64,000 bases of DNA. It comes from the human T2T-CHM13v2.0 reference genome, Homo sapiens. Under the pieces are notes generated by a model, which saw nothing but the letters and a program-made list of their open reading frames with translations, had not been told where the DNA came from and searched no databases. Both the position numbers and the translations under genes were made by a program. Shown here piece after piece: positions 1-12,565 of the stretch; within the stretch, counting starts at the first letter, position 1, and the number at the start of each line of letters is the position of its first letter. The stretch lies in NCBI RefSeq assembly GCF_009914755.1, contig NC_060947.1. The stretch is one strand, 5' to 3'.

Positions 1-181
1 ACAGGGGAGGGAGAGCATCAGGATAAATAGCTAATGCATGCAGGGCTTAAAACCTAGATGATGGGTTGATAGGTGCAGCAAACCACCATGGCACATGTTT
101 ACCTGTGTTACAAACCTTCACATCCTGCACATGTATCCCAGAACTTAAAATAAAATAAAAATTTAAAAAATTATAAAAATA
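1..181 (+). mobile_element. L1PA (older, about L1PA8-16) 3' end with A-rich tail; continues past the window edge
   Basis: GGGAGAGCATCAGGATAAATAGCTAATGCATG...GCAAACCACCATGGCACATG...CCCAGAACTTAAAATAAAA is the L1PA 3' UTR terminus. Confidence 0.9.
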
Positions 182-185
182 ATGA

Positions 186-872
186 TAGTTCTACTTTTAG
201 TTTTTTGACAAATCTCCATACTGCCTTCCACAGGGGCTGAACAAATTTACACTCTCACCAATATACCCTTTTCTCTGCATCCACATCAATGCCTATTGTT
301 TTTTTACTTTTTAGTAATAGCCAGATTGGCCTGGTAGCCCATGCCTATACTCCCAGCACTTGAGGCCAGGAGTTCGAGACCAGCCTGGGTGACATAGTGA
401 CATCCTGTCTCTACAAAAAAATTTTAAAAATTAGCTGGGCATGGTGGTGTGCACCTGTGGTCTTAGCTACTCAGTAGGCTGAGGAGGGAGGATCACTTGA
501 GCTTAGAAGTTCGAGGCTGTAGTGGGCCAGGATCACGCCACTTCCCTCTAAGCTGGGAGACAGAGACCCCGTGTCCAAGTAATAATAATAATAATAATAA
601 TAATAGCCATTCTGACTAGTGTTAGATGGTATTTCACTGTGTTTTTGATTGGCATTTCTCTGATGATTAGTGATGGTGAGCATTTTTTCTTATGTTTGTT
701 GGCCACTTGCATGTTTTCTTTTGAGAAATGTCTGTTTATGCCCACTGCCCATTTTTTAATGGAGTTGTTTGTTTTTTCCTTGTTGTTTGAGTTCCTTGTA
801 GATTTTGGATATTAGACCTTCGTTGGATGCACAGTTTGCGAATATTTTCTACCATTCTGTAGGCTGTTTACT
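186..872 (-). mobile_element. L1 (L1MA/PB-like) ORF2 3' region fragment, interrupted by an Alu
   Basis: Minus ORF 548-745 ([16 protein letters not shown]...[21 protein letters not shown]) matches the L1 ORF2 C-terminus; L1 sequence continues on both sides of the Alu. Confidence 0.85.
328..603 (+). mobile_element. AluJ with left-arm internal deletion and (AAT)n tail
   Basis: GAGGCCAGGAGTTCGAGACCAGCC, GGAGGATCACTTGAGC; TAATAGCCA-like duplication on both sides. Confidence 0.9.
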
Positions 873-989
873 CCAACAGTAGTTTTTAAGCAGGAGAGTG
901 ATCTTGGTACTAACTTCACTTTCTGGAGAACAAGTTTACTTGTTAAGGTTCAGGGGAGTAAAAATTAGATCCAAGGAGGACATGTTTGT

Positions 990-1071
990 CTGTCTCTGTC
1001 ACTATCAAGCCGTATGACCTTAAATAAGTCATTAAGTTTCCTGTGCCTTGGTTCCCACCTCTGTAAAATTA
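990..1071 (+). mobile_element. MIR core fragment (arm A of near-identical inverted pair)
   Basis: CTCTGTCACT...TGACCTT...AAGTCATTAA...CTGTGCCTTGGTTCCCACCTCTGTAAAAT matches the MIR core. Confidence 0.8.
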
Positions 1072-1074
1072 GAT

Positions 1075-1345
1075 GTTCTCAAATATCTAAAGGACTGTAA
1101 TGTGGAAGGGAAATAGATGTATTCTGTGTTCCTCAAACTGGTGGGTGGACAGATTTGAGCTCAATATGAAGAAGAACTAACAGGGGCAATCATGGATGAA
1201 ATGGTTGCTTTTGAAGTTCTCCAGATGTTCCTAGTCACCTAACAGAATGATGTAGAAGGAAATCAAATACTACATGAACAGATGTATAAGAGAAGGGGTT
1301 AGAACAGATAACCTTTTGGGTTCCTTCCAGACTGGACATTCTACT
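1075..1345 (+). mobile_element. L3/CR1 3' fragment
   Basis: AAATATCTAAAGGACTG..., GACAGATTTGAGCTCAATATGAAGAAGAAC and terminal GATAACCTTTTGGGTTCCTTCCAG resemble the L3 3' end. Confidence 0.55.
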
Positions 1346-2349
1346 CACTCTTCTACAAATCAGCTCTTCAAACAGAAAGAAGATGGATATATCCTCTTTT
1401 TAATTTATTTCTTCACCCCAATTTGCCTTCCTTTTACCATTTTGCATGTTACATGCTCTAATTTCACCTTTCTGGTTGAGATCTTCTGGATACTGTCATG
1501 TAGCCAGCTATGTTCCTAACCAAATTTCACACCCAAAACTGAACATACTATTTCCCACAAAAGCGACCAGATCTCTCTGTTAGTAATTAGGATTTTATGT
1601 ACAGTAAAACCTTAATTAACTGAAGTCCAACTAATGAAACATTTTATTTCATGTTCTACACTCATTTTTATGAGAAAAACAGACATGGTGACTAAGCAAG
1701 CCTTTATGTTGAATTTACTGAAGGAAAAATAAATTCATCTCCCAAGAAGTAGTCTGAGGTCAATAGAGATTCATCCCAATCTCCTACTTTTCCCGTACAA
1801 TAAGAACAGATTTCAGAATGATGAACTTGAGACTCTGAAAAAATGTTCCAAATAATAAAGTAAAATGCAATTATGTTCACTTAACTGTACTTATTAAAGT
1901 AGTAAAATGGACTACAGTTACATGAAACGTTTCAACCACAAAGACTGAAATAAAAGATAGATGTGCTACTTAATTTTAAAAAGCCTCAATTAACATCCCC
2001 TTCCCTAAATATTTTAGTAAATCAAGACTTTTCTATATTTAAGATCCACGTCCTTCACTATTATGTATAAAGAAAAAGGGAATATTTCATTTTCACCTCT
2101 CTATACCTACCAGTGATAGGGCACCTAGGTGTTTATAAATGTTTGTTGAATTGATTAATAATAGACACATATTAGTTATTATTATTAGCCTGTTTCAGTA
2201 GCCATTTCTTTTTTGTCTTCAAAAAGTTTCAAACTCTATATTCATATATTTCTGTCAGATCATATAAATAAAATATATAAGTATAAATATAATGCATATG
2301 GTACTATTTGCATTCATATTAATAAACTATAAGATATTAAAACCAAAAG

Positions 2350-2515
2350 CAGTGTCGAAGGTCATCAAATTCAATTATATAATTTTACAGAGGTGGGAAC
2401 CAAGGCACAGGAAACTTAAATGACTTATTTAAGGTCATACAGCTTGTTAGTGACAGAGACAGGATGGACTAAAATATCGGGTTTCCTTTTTCTCAGTCCT
2501 GTGATTTTTTTTCTT
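2350..2515 (-). mobile_element. MIR/MIR3 (contains arm B, 2380-2462)
   Basis: ATTTTACAGAGGTGGGAACCAAGGCACAG...TGACTT...AAGGTCATACAGC...AGTGACAGAG is the reverse MIR core. Confidence 0.8.
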
Positions 2516-3024
2516 CTACAAAAAACTAGCTCTGCATTATTTAAAGTCAAGTAGGAAACAATTTTCATGCTGAAACAAGAAGGTACTCAGAAATGTTCTT
2601 CCATTTCAACACTAGAATTCTCAGACACAAAGAAGTCTGGTTTTCCTTTCCTTTATTGGAAAGGTATCTTGTGTATTTATTTTATATCCTTGCTACTCTA
2701 AAATCAATCTGATGCTGTTTTAAGAGTCAATAAAAGCCAGAATAATATGGCATAGATTTATCTATCAGTGGCAGCAGTGCAGGAATTGCCATCTACTGTA
2801 ATTTGTCGGTAATTTATAAGAGTGCCTATTGGGCACCAAGACATGAAGAGTTACCTTGTGTTATTAAACTAATAACTTCTCACTTCATTTTTTAAAAAAC
2901 TGCAATTCTTGGTAAATGAATTGTCCACACAGGAAGTGTCATTAGGCAAGGTTTGGGACTATAATACTCAAAGTTTTGAGGGGTGTAATGAACAAGAAAT
3001 CTTCAGAAGCTTGGGAAAGAAATT

Positions 3025-3119
3025 GCACACCAACATGGCACATGTATACATATGTAACAAACCTGCACGTTGTGCACATGTACCCTAAAACTTAAAGTAT
3101 AATAATAATAAAATAAAAA
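3025..3119 (+). mobile_element. Young, severely 5'-truncated L1PA (L1PA3-like) with poly(A) and 12-bp TSD
   Basis: CATATGTAACAAACCTGCACGTTGTGCACATGTACCCTAAAACTTAAAGTATAAT; TSD AAAGAAATTGCA at 3016-3027 and 3120-3131. Confidence 0.92.
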
Positions 3120-4782
3120 AAAGAAATTGCAAGGCAGCACTGGTAAACCTTTCAGATCTGATGGAATCTGCCATGTCACCTTGGTTTTATACATTACTAA
3201 ATCTTATGCTCTTACGCTACATTCACATAATAATATTATGTAAGGTCTTTTTTATGTTAAAGGAGGAAGTTTTGGTCATTTGCCTTATAATTACATTGAG
3301 AGATTATCTCTAAAAAGAAAGTTCAAAGAAAATTTAAAATTTAACCCAGAGAATTAAAAAAAGTTACTCATGATAGACATGCCTCAATAGGGACTCATGA
3401 GCTGCTAGTCTACACAAATATCAAATATATGAGATCAAACCTTTTGCATCACATTGAGGCACAAAAGCAGAGGGCAGGAAAATTTGTATGTTGTATGTTA
3501 TTAATCCTCTAAGAACTCAATAATCTATGTAGGCATGGAGGTAAATTTTAGCAGAAAGAACCCGATAACTTATGAAAAAATTAAGAAAAGCAAGCAATAT
3601 GAAGAAAATGCAAAACTAACCAAATTTCTTCAGTTTGTGAGGTGTAGTGTCTGTGGTCTTTGGGGACGCGGGATACATTGATGATGAAGGGATTTAAAAC
3701 ATTCTAAAACGTAATGGGTGATCAACTGAAAAATATCACTTACTTACTTTGCTGTTATGACCAATCATAAAATGTATCTCAAAAAATAAAACTGCAATTT
3801 CAATTTCCTTGATCTTTTATGTTTATATTATCAAAAATGATAGCATAGTTTTTAAAATTTACACATCAGAAAGGCCATTTGAGGAAAAATGGGCTTTCAC
3901 AACTCTAATCCTTTATGGTTTTTTCACTTTTATAATGGTGATTAAAACTCAAAGTAGGAGTCACCTGCAGTATTTTTCATTTCTGTATCTGTTGATTGTC
4001 AACACTGGTCTTTCTGTGGCATTGTAGGTATGTGGGTAAAAAAAGGAGTAGTCATCATTTTCAAAATAAATCACAGTATGGATAGTGTGCAGGAGGCCCT
4101 AATGTCTGCCAAGGTTCCTGTCCAGTTTTTCACTTCAAGGTCTACCTAGTGCATTTTTACTTCATTAATCAATGATTGAACACTTAATAAGTTCCTTCCA
4201 AGTCAAGGTACATCATTCACCAGACCCCATCATTGCAGGGCTGAACTGGAACAGATTATTGCCAAAACAGATTACTGAGATGCTTGACAAACTAGCTTAT
4301 AATGTTTCATTCTTTCCTTGTCAGGTAAAATTTAGCAGAATTAGGATTGACATCAAAGACATTTCTGAAAAAGTCATGATCTTATCACATCACTGAGATT
4401 AAGCACTGTAAGGATTTGCCTCAAGTTGGGCGGGAAATCTTTAAAATTCTATACAACTTTGAGAAGACATTTGGAGATTTCTCCCCCAGTGACCTCACTA
4501 GATTTGTTGGAAAGCTGGAGGGCATAATCTTGACAGAGCTGCTTACTTAAATAACTCACAAGACTGGAAGACAGTTTAGTCAGTTCTCACATGACTCCAA
4601 GAGCAGCCAGAGAAAAGATAACCAGCTGGATCACTTTTATTTTTCTTTCTTTTTTTTTTTTAACCTAGATGGGTCCACCATATCACCTTTACCCTTTCGA
4701 CTCCCAGGTTGGCCACTCTGGGTCTGCTTCCCCAGGCTGGCCCTTCTAACCTACTTGCCCAGACACAAGTTACTGCTTAGGC

Positions 4783-4830
4783 ACCTACCATATCACACCA
4801 CACCATACCACACCATATCCTACCATCTAC
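4783..4830. repeat. Degenerate (CACCA/TACCA)n pentamer repeat
   Basis: CACACCACACCATACCACACCATATCCTACCAT. Confidence 0.7.
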
Positions 4831-5351
4831 AATCTTCCCCAGCTCAGCCTCTAAATGGTTTGGATCAGTACCAGCCAGCTGCAGCCAGAATAATTCTATT
4901 TCTAGCACCCAGGAAGCCCACTGCTCCTCGACAAAAGCCATATCTTAACTATCTCTATCATCTGGGGCCTCTATCACTTGAATCTCTTCATTTCTACCCA
5001 CTCATCAATGGTACATGTGAGGCACATCCTACCAGTCCTTTCCCAGTCTTAGGTCTGATTCCAACAGCTTCTTATCTCTCAACTATCCCAATATTCCCTA
5101 GTACTAACTTCCTAGTCTAGTCAGCTCTATAGTAAGACAAATTACACCAGGTCTATTCTCTCTCCAGGCCACTGCCCATACTATTTTCCTATTATTTCTT
5201 CTTCACTTTCCCACTTCCCTATCATCTAGGCAAAGCTATCTGTCACTCATCATTAAAACTCCAGTTCCTTCAGGAGGCTTTTCCTGATTACTTAAACAAC
5301 AAAAAAGCTACTGTTAGTTGAGCATTTATTACTTAACACTTTGAATCCATT

Positions 5352-6040
5352 ACAGCTTTATTGAAATATAACCAACCCACTTAAACATATAATTCAATTA
5401 TTTTTAGTTAATTGATAGAATTGTGCAACTATCAGCACAAACCAGCTTTAGGATATTTACATTGGATATTTACACCATCTCCAAAACACTCCCTGTGTCC
5501 CCTGTGGCCATTTGCAATCACTACCTGTTACCATACCCCACCCTTGGCAACCACTAATCTATTTTCTATCTCTATAGGTTTGTATTTTCATAATATTTGA
5601 CATGAATGAGATTGTACAATAGGTTTGCACAATCTATTTTGCATGTGCTTTATTTTACTTAGCATAATGTTTTTGAGATTCATCCATGTTGTAGCATGTA
5701 TCAAAACTTCATTCCGTTTTATGGCTGAATAATATTCCATTGTATGGATATATTATATTTTGTTTATCCGTCCATCAGTTGATGAACATTTGGGGTATAG
5801 CCACTTTTTGGCTATTAGGAATAATACTATTATGAACATTTGGGCATAAGTTTTTATGTAGACATATGTTTTCATTACTCTTGTATATATACTTAGGCAC
5901 AGAATATAACCTTAAAAGCCACTCATTTAAAATGTACAATTTGGTAGATTTTAGTATATTCAGAGTTGTGCAACCTTTACCATGATCAATTTTCAAACAT
6001 TTTCCCTATCCCCAAAAGAAGCCCCATATCCTTTCATCCA
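5352..6040 (-). mobile_element. Two adjacent L1MB/ME-type 3' fragments (about 5352-5900 and 5900-6040)
   Basis: CAGCTTTATTGAAATATAA, TTGTGCAACTATCA, GGCAACCACTAATCT, GATTCATCCATGTTGTAGCATGT; the 3'-end motif recurs at 5900-6010. Confidence 0.8.
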
Positions 6041-9000
6041 TTGTTGACACTCTTCATAGGAACCCTACAAGTTAGGTATTACATCCCTAGTTTTTCAGGA
6101 AAAGAAACATAGGCTCAGCAAATCCATAAACCTAGTAAGTATCAGAGCCTGCATTTTAACCCAATTTGTTTGACATAATGGCTTACAGTATTTCCACATC
6201 ACCATGCTGCCACTAATCCTCAGAGTTCCTCTTCTCTGAGATCATTCTAGAATTCTCATTTGATTTCCCATGTGTCTTCCTTTTGTCACATAATCATAAA
6301 CTTCCTTATCTATATCTTACACCTCAAAATGAATATCTTCTCTCTACAAATAAACCATAAGCTACTGAAGAGTAAGGAGTGCATGGTATATTTCCTTTGA
6401 CTTCTTCCTAAATCCAAAAACTACTATAGAAAAAGTAAGATTTCTATATGTTTTATAATCAGTAAAAAGTTATTCCTTATGATTAACCTAAATCTCTACT
6501 CTTACAAAGGTCAATGTTTAGCTTTTTCCTTTTAGAGTCAATATAGCACCAGCAGTTGAAGCTTCATCACATTGTAAAGTCACATCATACCCTAACAGAT
6601 CTCTCCTTTACTTGGAATCATGCCAGAAACGTGTGTATGGTCTGCACCATGTAGTCTTTTAGATCTTTATGTTTTACCTGAACTTGAATTTGCTCTGTAG
6701 ATATTAATGTAAATATATTATGTATTGTCTTCCCAAACTGATAAAAAACTTTTCATGGTAAATATCATGGCTTCCTGTTTTGGGTCCCATGTGTTAACCA
6801 ACACAGTGATGAATAAACAGCATGTTTCTAGTAAATGCTTCCTCCAGTGTTTGAATATCATCATCATGAAAAGGATCTCTCGTGATGATGGGTTCTTGCT
6901 CTGGGAGAGTGGAGTCTGGCATTTTTGTGTGCTGAGGCTGCTACTATTGTGCTGTGTGCATTTGGTAAAATTGCAGCTCGGCCCTGGGCCTCTGTTTTGC
7001 CATCTATAGCATAGGCAGTGTTTGGATTAGAATATCTCAGCATTACTTGCCACTCTTGAATCATCTTCTCTATATGTTTACTAGACGCTCTCAGTTTAAC
7101 ATCCACTAGTTTCAATATTCAATCTTTTTTACCTTGATATTAACAATGTGCCTACTAAAAACTCTTACCATCTTCCTCATTTTTGTTAACTTGAATTAGT
7201 TTTCCCCTTTTGTGTTTTAGGGTATAATACCTTTTACTCAACTTGAGATGCCTTTGTTATCCTTATCATACTTAAACATTTCAAAATTTTTTTTTTCATC
7301 CAGATTCCTTCCCTCAAAGGATGATCTGCTCTCTCAGATTCCCTTCTTAGCATTTCCTACTTCATTAAGTTTGTGTTTTAATTTTCCCTTTCTGCTACTT
7401 TTTTTCTTTGGAAAATGTATGACAGAAATATGACTCCTGGACACTAAATGCCATCGTATTTCAAAAGTAATGAAGACGTTTCTCATTAACTGATTAAAAA
7501 AAGAGCATAAAATTTGATAAGCAATAAAATAATCGGAAGGAACTGGAAGTTTTCCATAATTTTCATCCAGACAAATTATTTTTTAAAATTATCTTATTTT
7601 TAAACAGCATCTTACCTTATATATAGTACTAAGGAACCTAAACTAGCAGGTTAATTTCAAAATGTTATTAGATAACATATATACAGTTAATAATAGATCC
7701 TGTTGCCATGGAATCTCAACTGAATTTTTGAGCTCCATGGGTTGATTTTTTTGCGAATTAAGACCTTAGCTCTAATGTTTCATTAACAGATTTTTTATAT
7801 GAATGTAATTATTTGGATGAAGATTTAGAGTACATTTCCTAGTTTGCAAATGATATTCAAATTGGACTAAAAATAGAGGATGAAGGAACTGTAACCAAAA
7901 AAGACACATATTTTCCAGGTGACTGAATCAATATAGGGTGAAACGTATTCTCATGTTAAGAATGCTTGGGACTAAGAAAACCCATTCACAGATCCTCCTG
8001 CTCTTTGACCTCTCACCACATCTGCTCCTACCTTTTACCACTTCCTCCTCCCAATATGCACTCCCTACGGACAGGAAAAATTAGAAATGATCAGGAGAGA
8101 AGAGGGAAATCCTGGACAAAGGAGAACAAGGAGATTATTGGTGGCTTAATAATCTGCCAATTCTAAGTCTATAAATCAACTGAAGTCATCCCACTTATGT
8201 CCAAGGTGCTTATTATAGTACATCTGGACTTGGAATGGCAGTATTGATCATTTTCTTTCTGTTCTGGACCACTGCATCAGAGTACTACTTACTAATTAAA
8301 ATGTGATAGCTAGCCCAAGTGTTGAAACAGATGGAGAAAGACAATGTTTTCATATTTGGATTATTCTCACTGAATGGAAAATCAGAACTACATGATCATA
8401 ACTCTTACCTACACAGAAAAGGAGGACAAACCCTGGGGTATGATAACAGAGGATGTGCAGTCTTGGGTTGGCAGTGACTAGAGAATTTGGAATAAATGAT
8501 CAAGTCATGTGGTTCTGGAGGCAGGAGCAGCAGTCTGGCAGGGAAATGGCAGAGGATGAAGTATTCTACAAAGAAGCTTTAGATTTAGATTCACAGTGTC
8601 TTTCTGCACAAATATGGGTTATGAATTCCAAGTTGTCACATGGTTACTGAAAAGTAGAACTGTTATGTGAACCCAATTCAGTTATTTTTACCAAGAATTA
8701 TATTTCAAAAATTTTTAAAAAAGAAGTGCGGCAATGCAGTGTTTGCAATTAGTGAGCAGTCAGTTTGAATCCCGAGTGACCTGAAACTTGTTGCTAAACC
8801 TTTATGACTTTCAGTTTCCTAATTCATATAATTATTGTGAACAATAAAAGAGATGAAATAAAGTGTCTAACAAAGTAAAATAGGTACTTGAGAAATAGGT
8901 GTTATTATAATTAGTATTAATTATTAGTAAGAAAGTACATGCTTTCCATTTATTTCACCTCATTACCTACTGCTTATTGGTAGCAGTTTTTCTTAATTGC

Positions 9001-9267
9001 AGGTTCCATTTATTAAAATTTATAATGCATCCCTTGGTAGTTGTATCTTCAAACTAAATCCATAGTGATGATGGCAAACAATACAGAAATAATAAATGCA
9101 CTGAAGGAAATACACAGAAAATAAAGTGTATTGCTCGCATACCTAAAATGTGTTTGTAGTCTGGCTGGGGAGATAAAACATGAGCATTGACATGAAATGG
9201 TTTACATAAAACATCATTAATACAATTAGCCAATATATTCTGAATGCTTAGTAAGAGTTTGCAGTTA

Positions 9268-9484
9268 TGCTGGTCACAGTTTTGGCTGCTTTATGCATAT
9301 TAACTCATTTGTAACCCATAACAACCCTGTAAGAACTATTATTATTCCCATTTCACAGACGAATAAACTGACACCAGGAGCTTACGCAAGTTCTCCAGAG
9401 TTACACAGGTAATAAGGAGCACCGTCAGGATTCAAATATGTTTCTAAAGCTCATGCTTTGAAATACCTCACAATACTGCCTCTC
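9268..9484 (-). mobile_element. MIR
   Basis: ATTAACTCATTT...ACAACCCTGTAAG...TTATTCCCATTTCACAGACGAATAAACTGA...CAGGATTCAAA. Confidence 0.75.
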
Positions 9485-10454
9485 ATATCAATCAATCAAG
9501 TACAGACAAAACATCTAAAGGGCTGTGGATGAAAACTAAATGAACTTAAATAGCAATGCAAGACTGAATAAGATATAAAAATAATAAATGCATCTAAAAT
9601 CACCAAATGAAACTCAATGTTTCATTTATAAAGAGAGTGGATCATGGTGAAAGAGCCAACAAATCCAGGAAGACTGTCACCATCAATTTCTGCTTTACTT
9701 GCTGAAAAGCAAGATATCTGAGGATAGACAGTAGCATCTGAATACACAGCCTGTTTCATTGTCCATTTATAAAAGACCTTTCTTGAAGAAGGAATAATTT
9801 TGCAATAAAATATACTGGTCATACTGGAAGAATATATTTGAAAGCCACATTTTTATCTCAATAATCATAATGAAAATCTTTCTGTATATTCCAAGTATTT
9901 CTGATAAACAATATATGATTTATATTGAATGATTTTTCATCTTTCCCAAATTTCATTTCTAATGATTGCTTATGTTCTGCCACAAACATTTCTCAGATAA
10001 ACTTCTTTTAGTTGTGGGAACAGTTTCTTGACTACGTTATTTCTCCATTGTCCTATCCATTCAAACAGGCTACAGTAAACTCCCATTATGTGATTTTTCA
10101 TGGGATTGAGAAAAGAAAACATCATAAAGAGGAAAATGATAAAAGCAAGATATATTGCTCCATGGAGGCTTTCCTCAGAAGCTCTCTTTGTAGTAGACAG
10201 CTGTGCACTCACATCTGTTTCAGGACAACATGGAGGCTATAAGGAATCATGAGCAGCATTCCTGCTTTTCTAACCCCATTACTCGCCTCCAAATTCTCTC
10301 TTTATGCTGCATATAATGTAAGAGAACCACTGGAGGCTGAAATGAGAAGCAGGAGTAATCACGGTTATCCTGCCTCATTTATTTGAGAATCAGATCACTG
10401 ATTGCCGCAGCTCTGATATGTTTTCTAGTGTCCTCCAGATACGTTTCCTAGCTC

Positions 10455-10545
10455 CATGTTACTCAAGATGTGGTTCCTGGAAAGCAGCACCAGCATCAGC
10501 ATCACCTGGAAGCTTGTTAGAAATTCAGATTCTCGATCCCACCTC
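10455..10545 (+). mobile_element. MER5A (hAT-Charlie) fragment
   Basis: CAGCATCAGCATCACCTGGAAGCTTGTTAGAAATTCAGATTCTC. Confidence 0.8.
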
Positions 10546-10844
10546 CCTTTTAGCAGAGAGGGAATATATGAAAAGGCCAATAAACAATGAAAAGTGAAAG
10601 GGTGAAATTAATAAAAAATAAAATAAGTATAAAACCAGACATATTTTCAAAGTATAGAATGCCTGTCCTAAGTTAAAAATGATCTATCAAAGGTTTCTTG
10701 AATGGCACAGCTTGCCTATGTGCCTCATTAACTTCATTTCTTTCCTTGGTCCTTTGGGAGGAAATATGAACATCATGGAGACCCATACCAGCTCAGCTGT
10801 GGAGATTCTCAACCTTTGTTACTATAATCAGAATCAATATCATT

Positions 10845-11080
10845 ATAAGCTAACATTTATTTAGTGTTTACTATATACAAGACATATTGTTAGGTGCTTT
10901 GCATACTTTTGCTCCTCATTTTACAGATGCGGAAACTAGGATTCAGAAAATGTAAATTACCTAAGTCCCTTAGCTAAAGGTGGTAAATATAAATATAAAA
11001 TCATATATTCCTGAAAATATAAAATATAAAATAATATATTCCTGCTTTTGGAGCCCGAGCTAGTAACTTTTTACTGCCTT
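10845..11080 (-). mobile_element. MIR
   Basis: AGCTAACATTTATTTAGTGTTTACTAT...CCTCATTTTACAGATGCGGAAACT. Confidence 0.7.
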
Positions 11081-11994
11081 TCTGGTCTTTTGTCTACCTG
11101 TGACTCCAGAATTTCTTTTCTGGCACAATGTTAATATCTTCTATTCTGTATCTACTGGAGATGAGAAAGACATTTTTCCAAAAGGCTAAAAATTCCTCTC
11201 AAGGCTTCAGTTCTGCCTGTGTGTACTCCAGAAATATCCAACCACACTCCTGGAGGTATCCCGGGCTCTTATCATTTCCTACTTCCCCATCCCCGATACT
11301 TACCCTGGACACTCATTTTCTCTGTTTTATTGGCTTAACAGGCACATACTGGCTTAGCAAATGTCAGGCTTGTTTTGTTCTTTACAAAGCTCAATGTTTT
11401 CATCTATTTTTCTCTGCTACCCTTTTGTCCTGGTCCTCTTATCACCCATGTAACTTTTCATTCTAAGCCCTGTGAGGACAGCAGCTTTATCTATGTGGTT
11501 TTCCACTGTATCCCCAAATCTTGGAACAACACCTAGTATATAAGCACTCAAAAATATTTGTTGACTGAACAAATAAGTCTTAGTGAGAGTAATTTATATG
11601 GAGTGTGTGTTTGTCGGGCCTCTTCTCTATCTGCATTCATTTGCTAGATTGTCGTATTTTGTCCAATAGTTTCAATACCATGTATCCACTTTTTAAATTA
11701 TAACTTCAATCCTGACCATAGCCTAAACTTCATACTCATGTATACAGCTGTTTCTCTTAATTTCCACTTGGTTATAGTATAGGCATCTCAAATTCAATAG
11801 GTCCAAAATCTGTCTTTCAATTTCCCTCCCAAATCTTCCCAACACTTACACCTTCACATCAGTAAATGGCATCACTGCTTACACAGTTACTAAGATAAAA
11901 AAGCTTGGTGCATTCCCTGATTCCTCTTTCCCTCCTATCTCACACAGACTCAATCAGCAAGTTATATAGATTTTTAGCTTAAAAATACTTACTT

Positions 11995-12565
11995 TCTGAG
12001 CTAAAAATAGAACTACCATTGGAGCCAGCAATCCCACTACTGGGTATCTACCCAATGAAAAAGAAAAAGACACCTACACTTGTATGTTTATTGCAGCACA
12101 ATTCACAATAGCAAACATAGGGAATTAACCTAAGTGTCCATCAACAGACGATTTGATGAAGCAAACATGGTACATACACACTACGGAATATTTATTCAGC
12201 CATAAAAAATGGAATCTTGTTTTTTGCAGCAATATGGATGGAACCGGACAGGTCATTATATTGAGTGAAATGAGACAGACATAGACAAATATTGCATGTT
12301 CTCGCTCATAAGTGGGAGCTAAACAATGTGTAGATATGGAAATACAGAGGGGAGTAATAAACACTGGGGACTCCAAAAGGGGCAAGGAGGTGGAAAGGCA
12401 GTGGACAATGAGAAATTACTTAATGGGTACAAGGTATGTTATTTTGGTGATGGACACCCTAAAAGCCATGACTTGACCACTACATAATCTATGCATGTAA
12501 CAAAAATGCAAGCCCCAAAATTTCATTACCCCTTAAGTTTATATAAATAAAAAATAAATAAATGA
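11995..12565 (+). mobile_element. L1MA 3' end
   Basis: AAAATAGAACTACCAT...CCAGCAATCCCACTACTGGGTATCTACCCA; GGGTACAAGG...GGTGATGG...CCTAAAAGCC; AATAAA-rich tail. Confidence 0.85.

Noticed and set aside
471-745. ORFs with poly-Tyr and poly-Ile runs
   Set aside because: Translation of the Alu (AAT)n tail embedded in an L1.
1598-2035. Possible Tigger-like termini (TACAGTAAAACCT...) between the inverted MIR arms
   Set aside because: Too degenerate to support by eye; needs a Dfam search.
6480-8700. Possible further L3/CR1 remnants
   Set aside because: Only faint resemblance; boundaries and strand cannot be supported.
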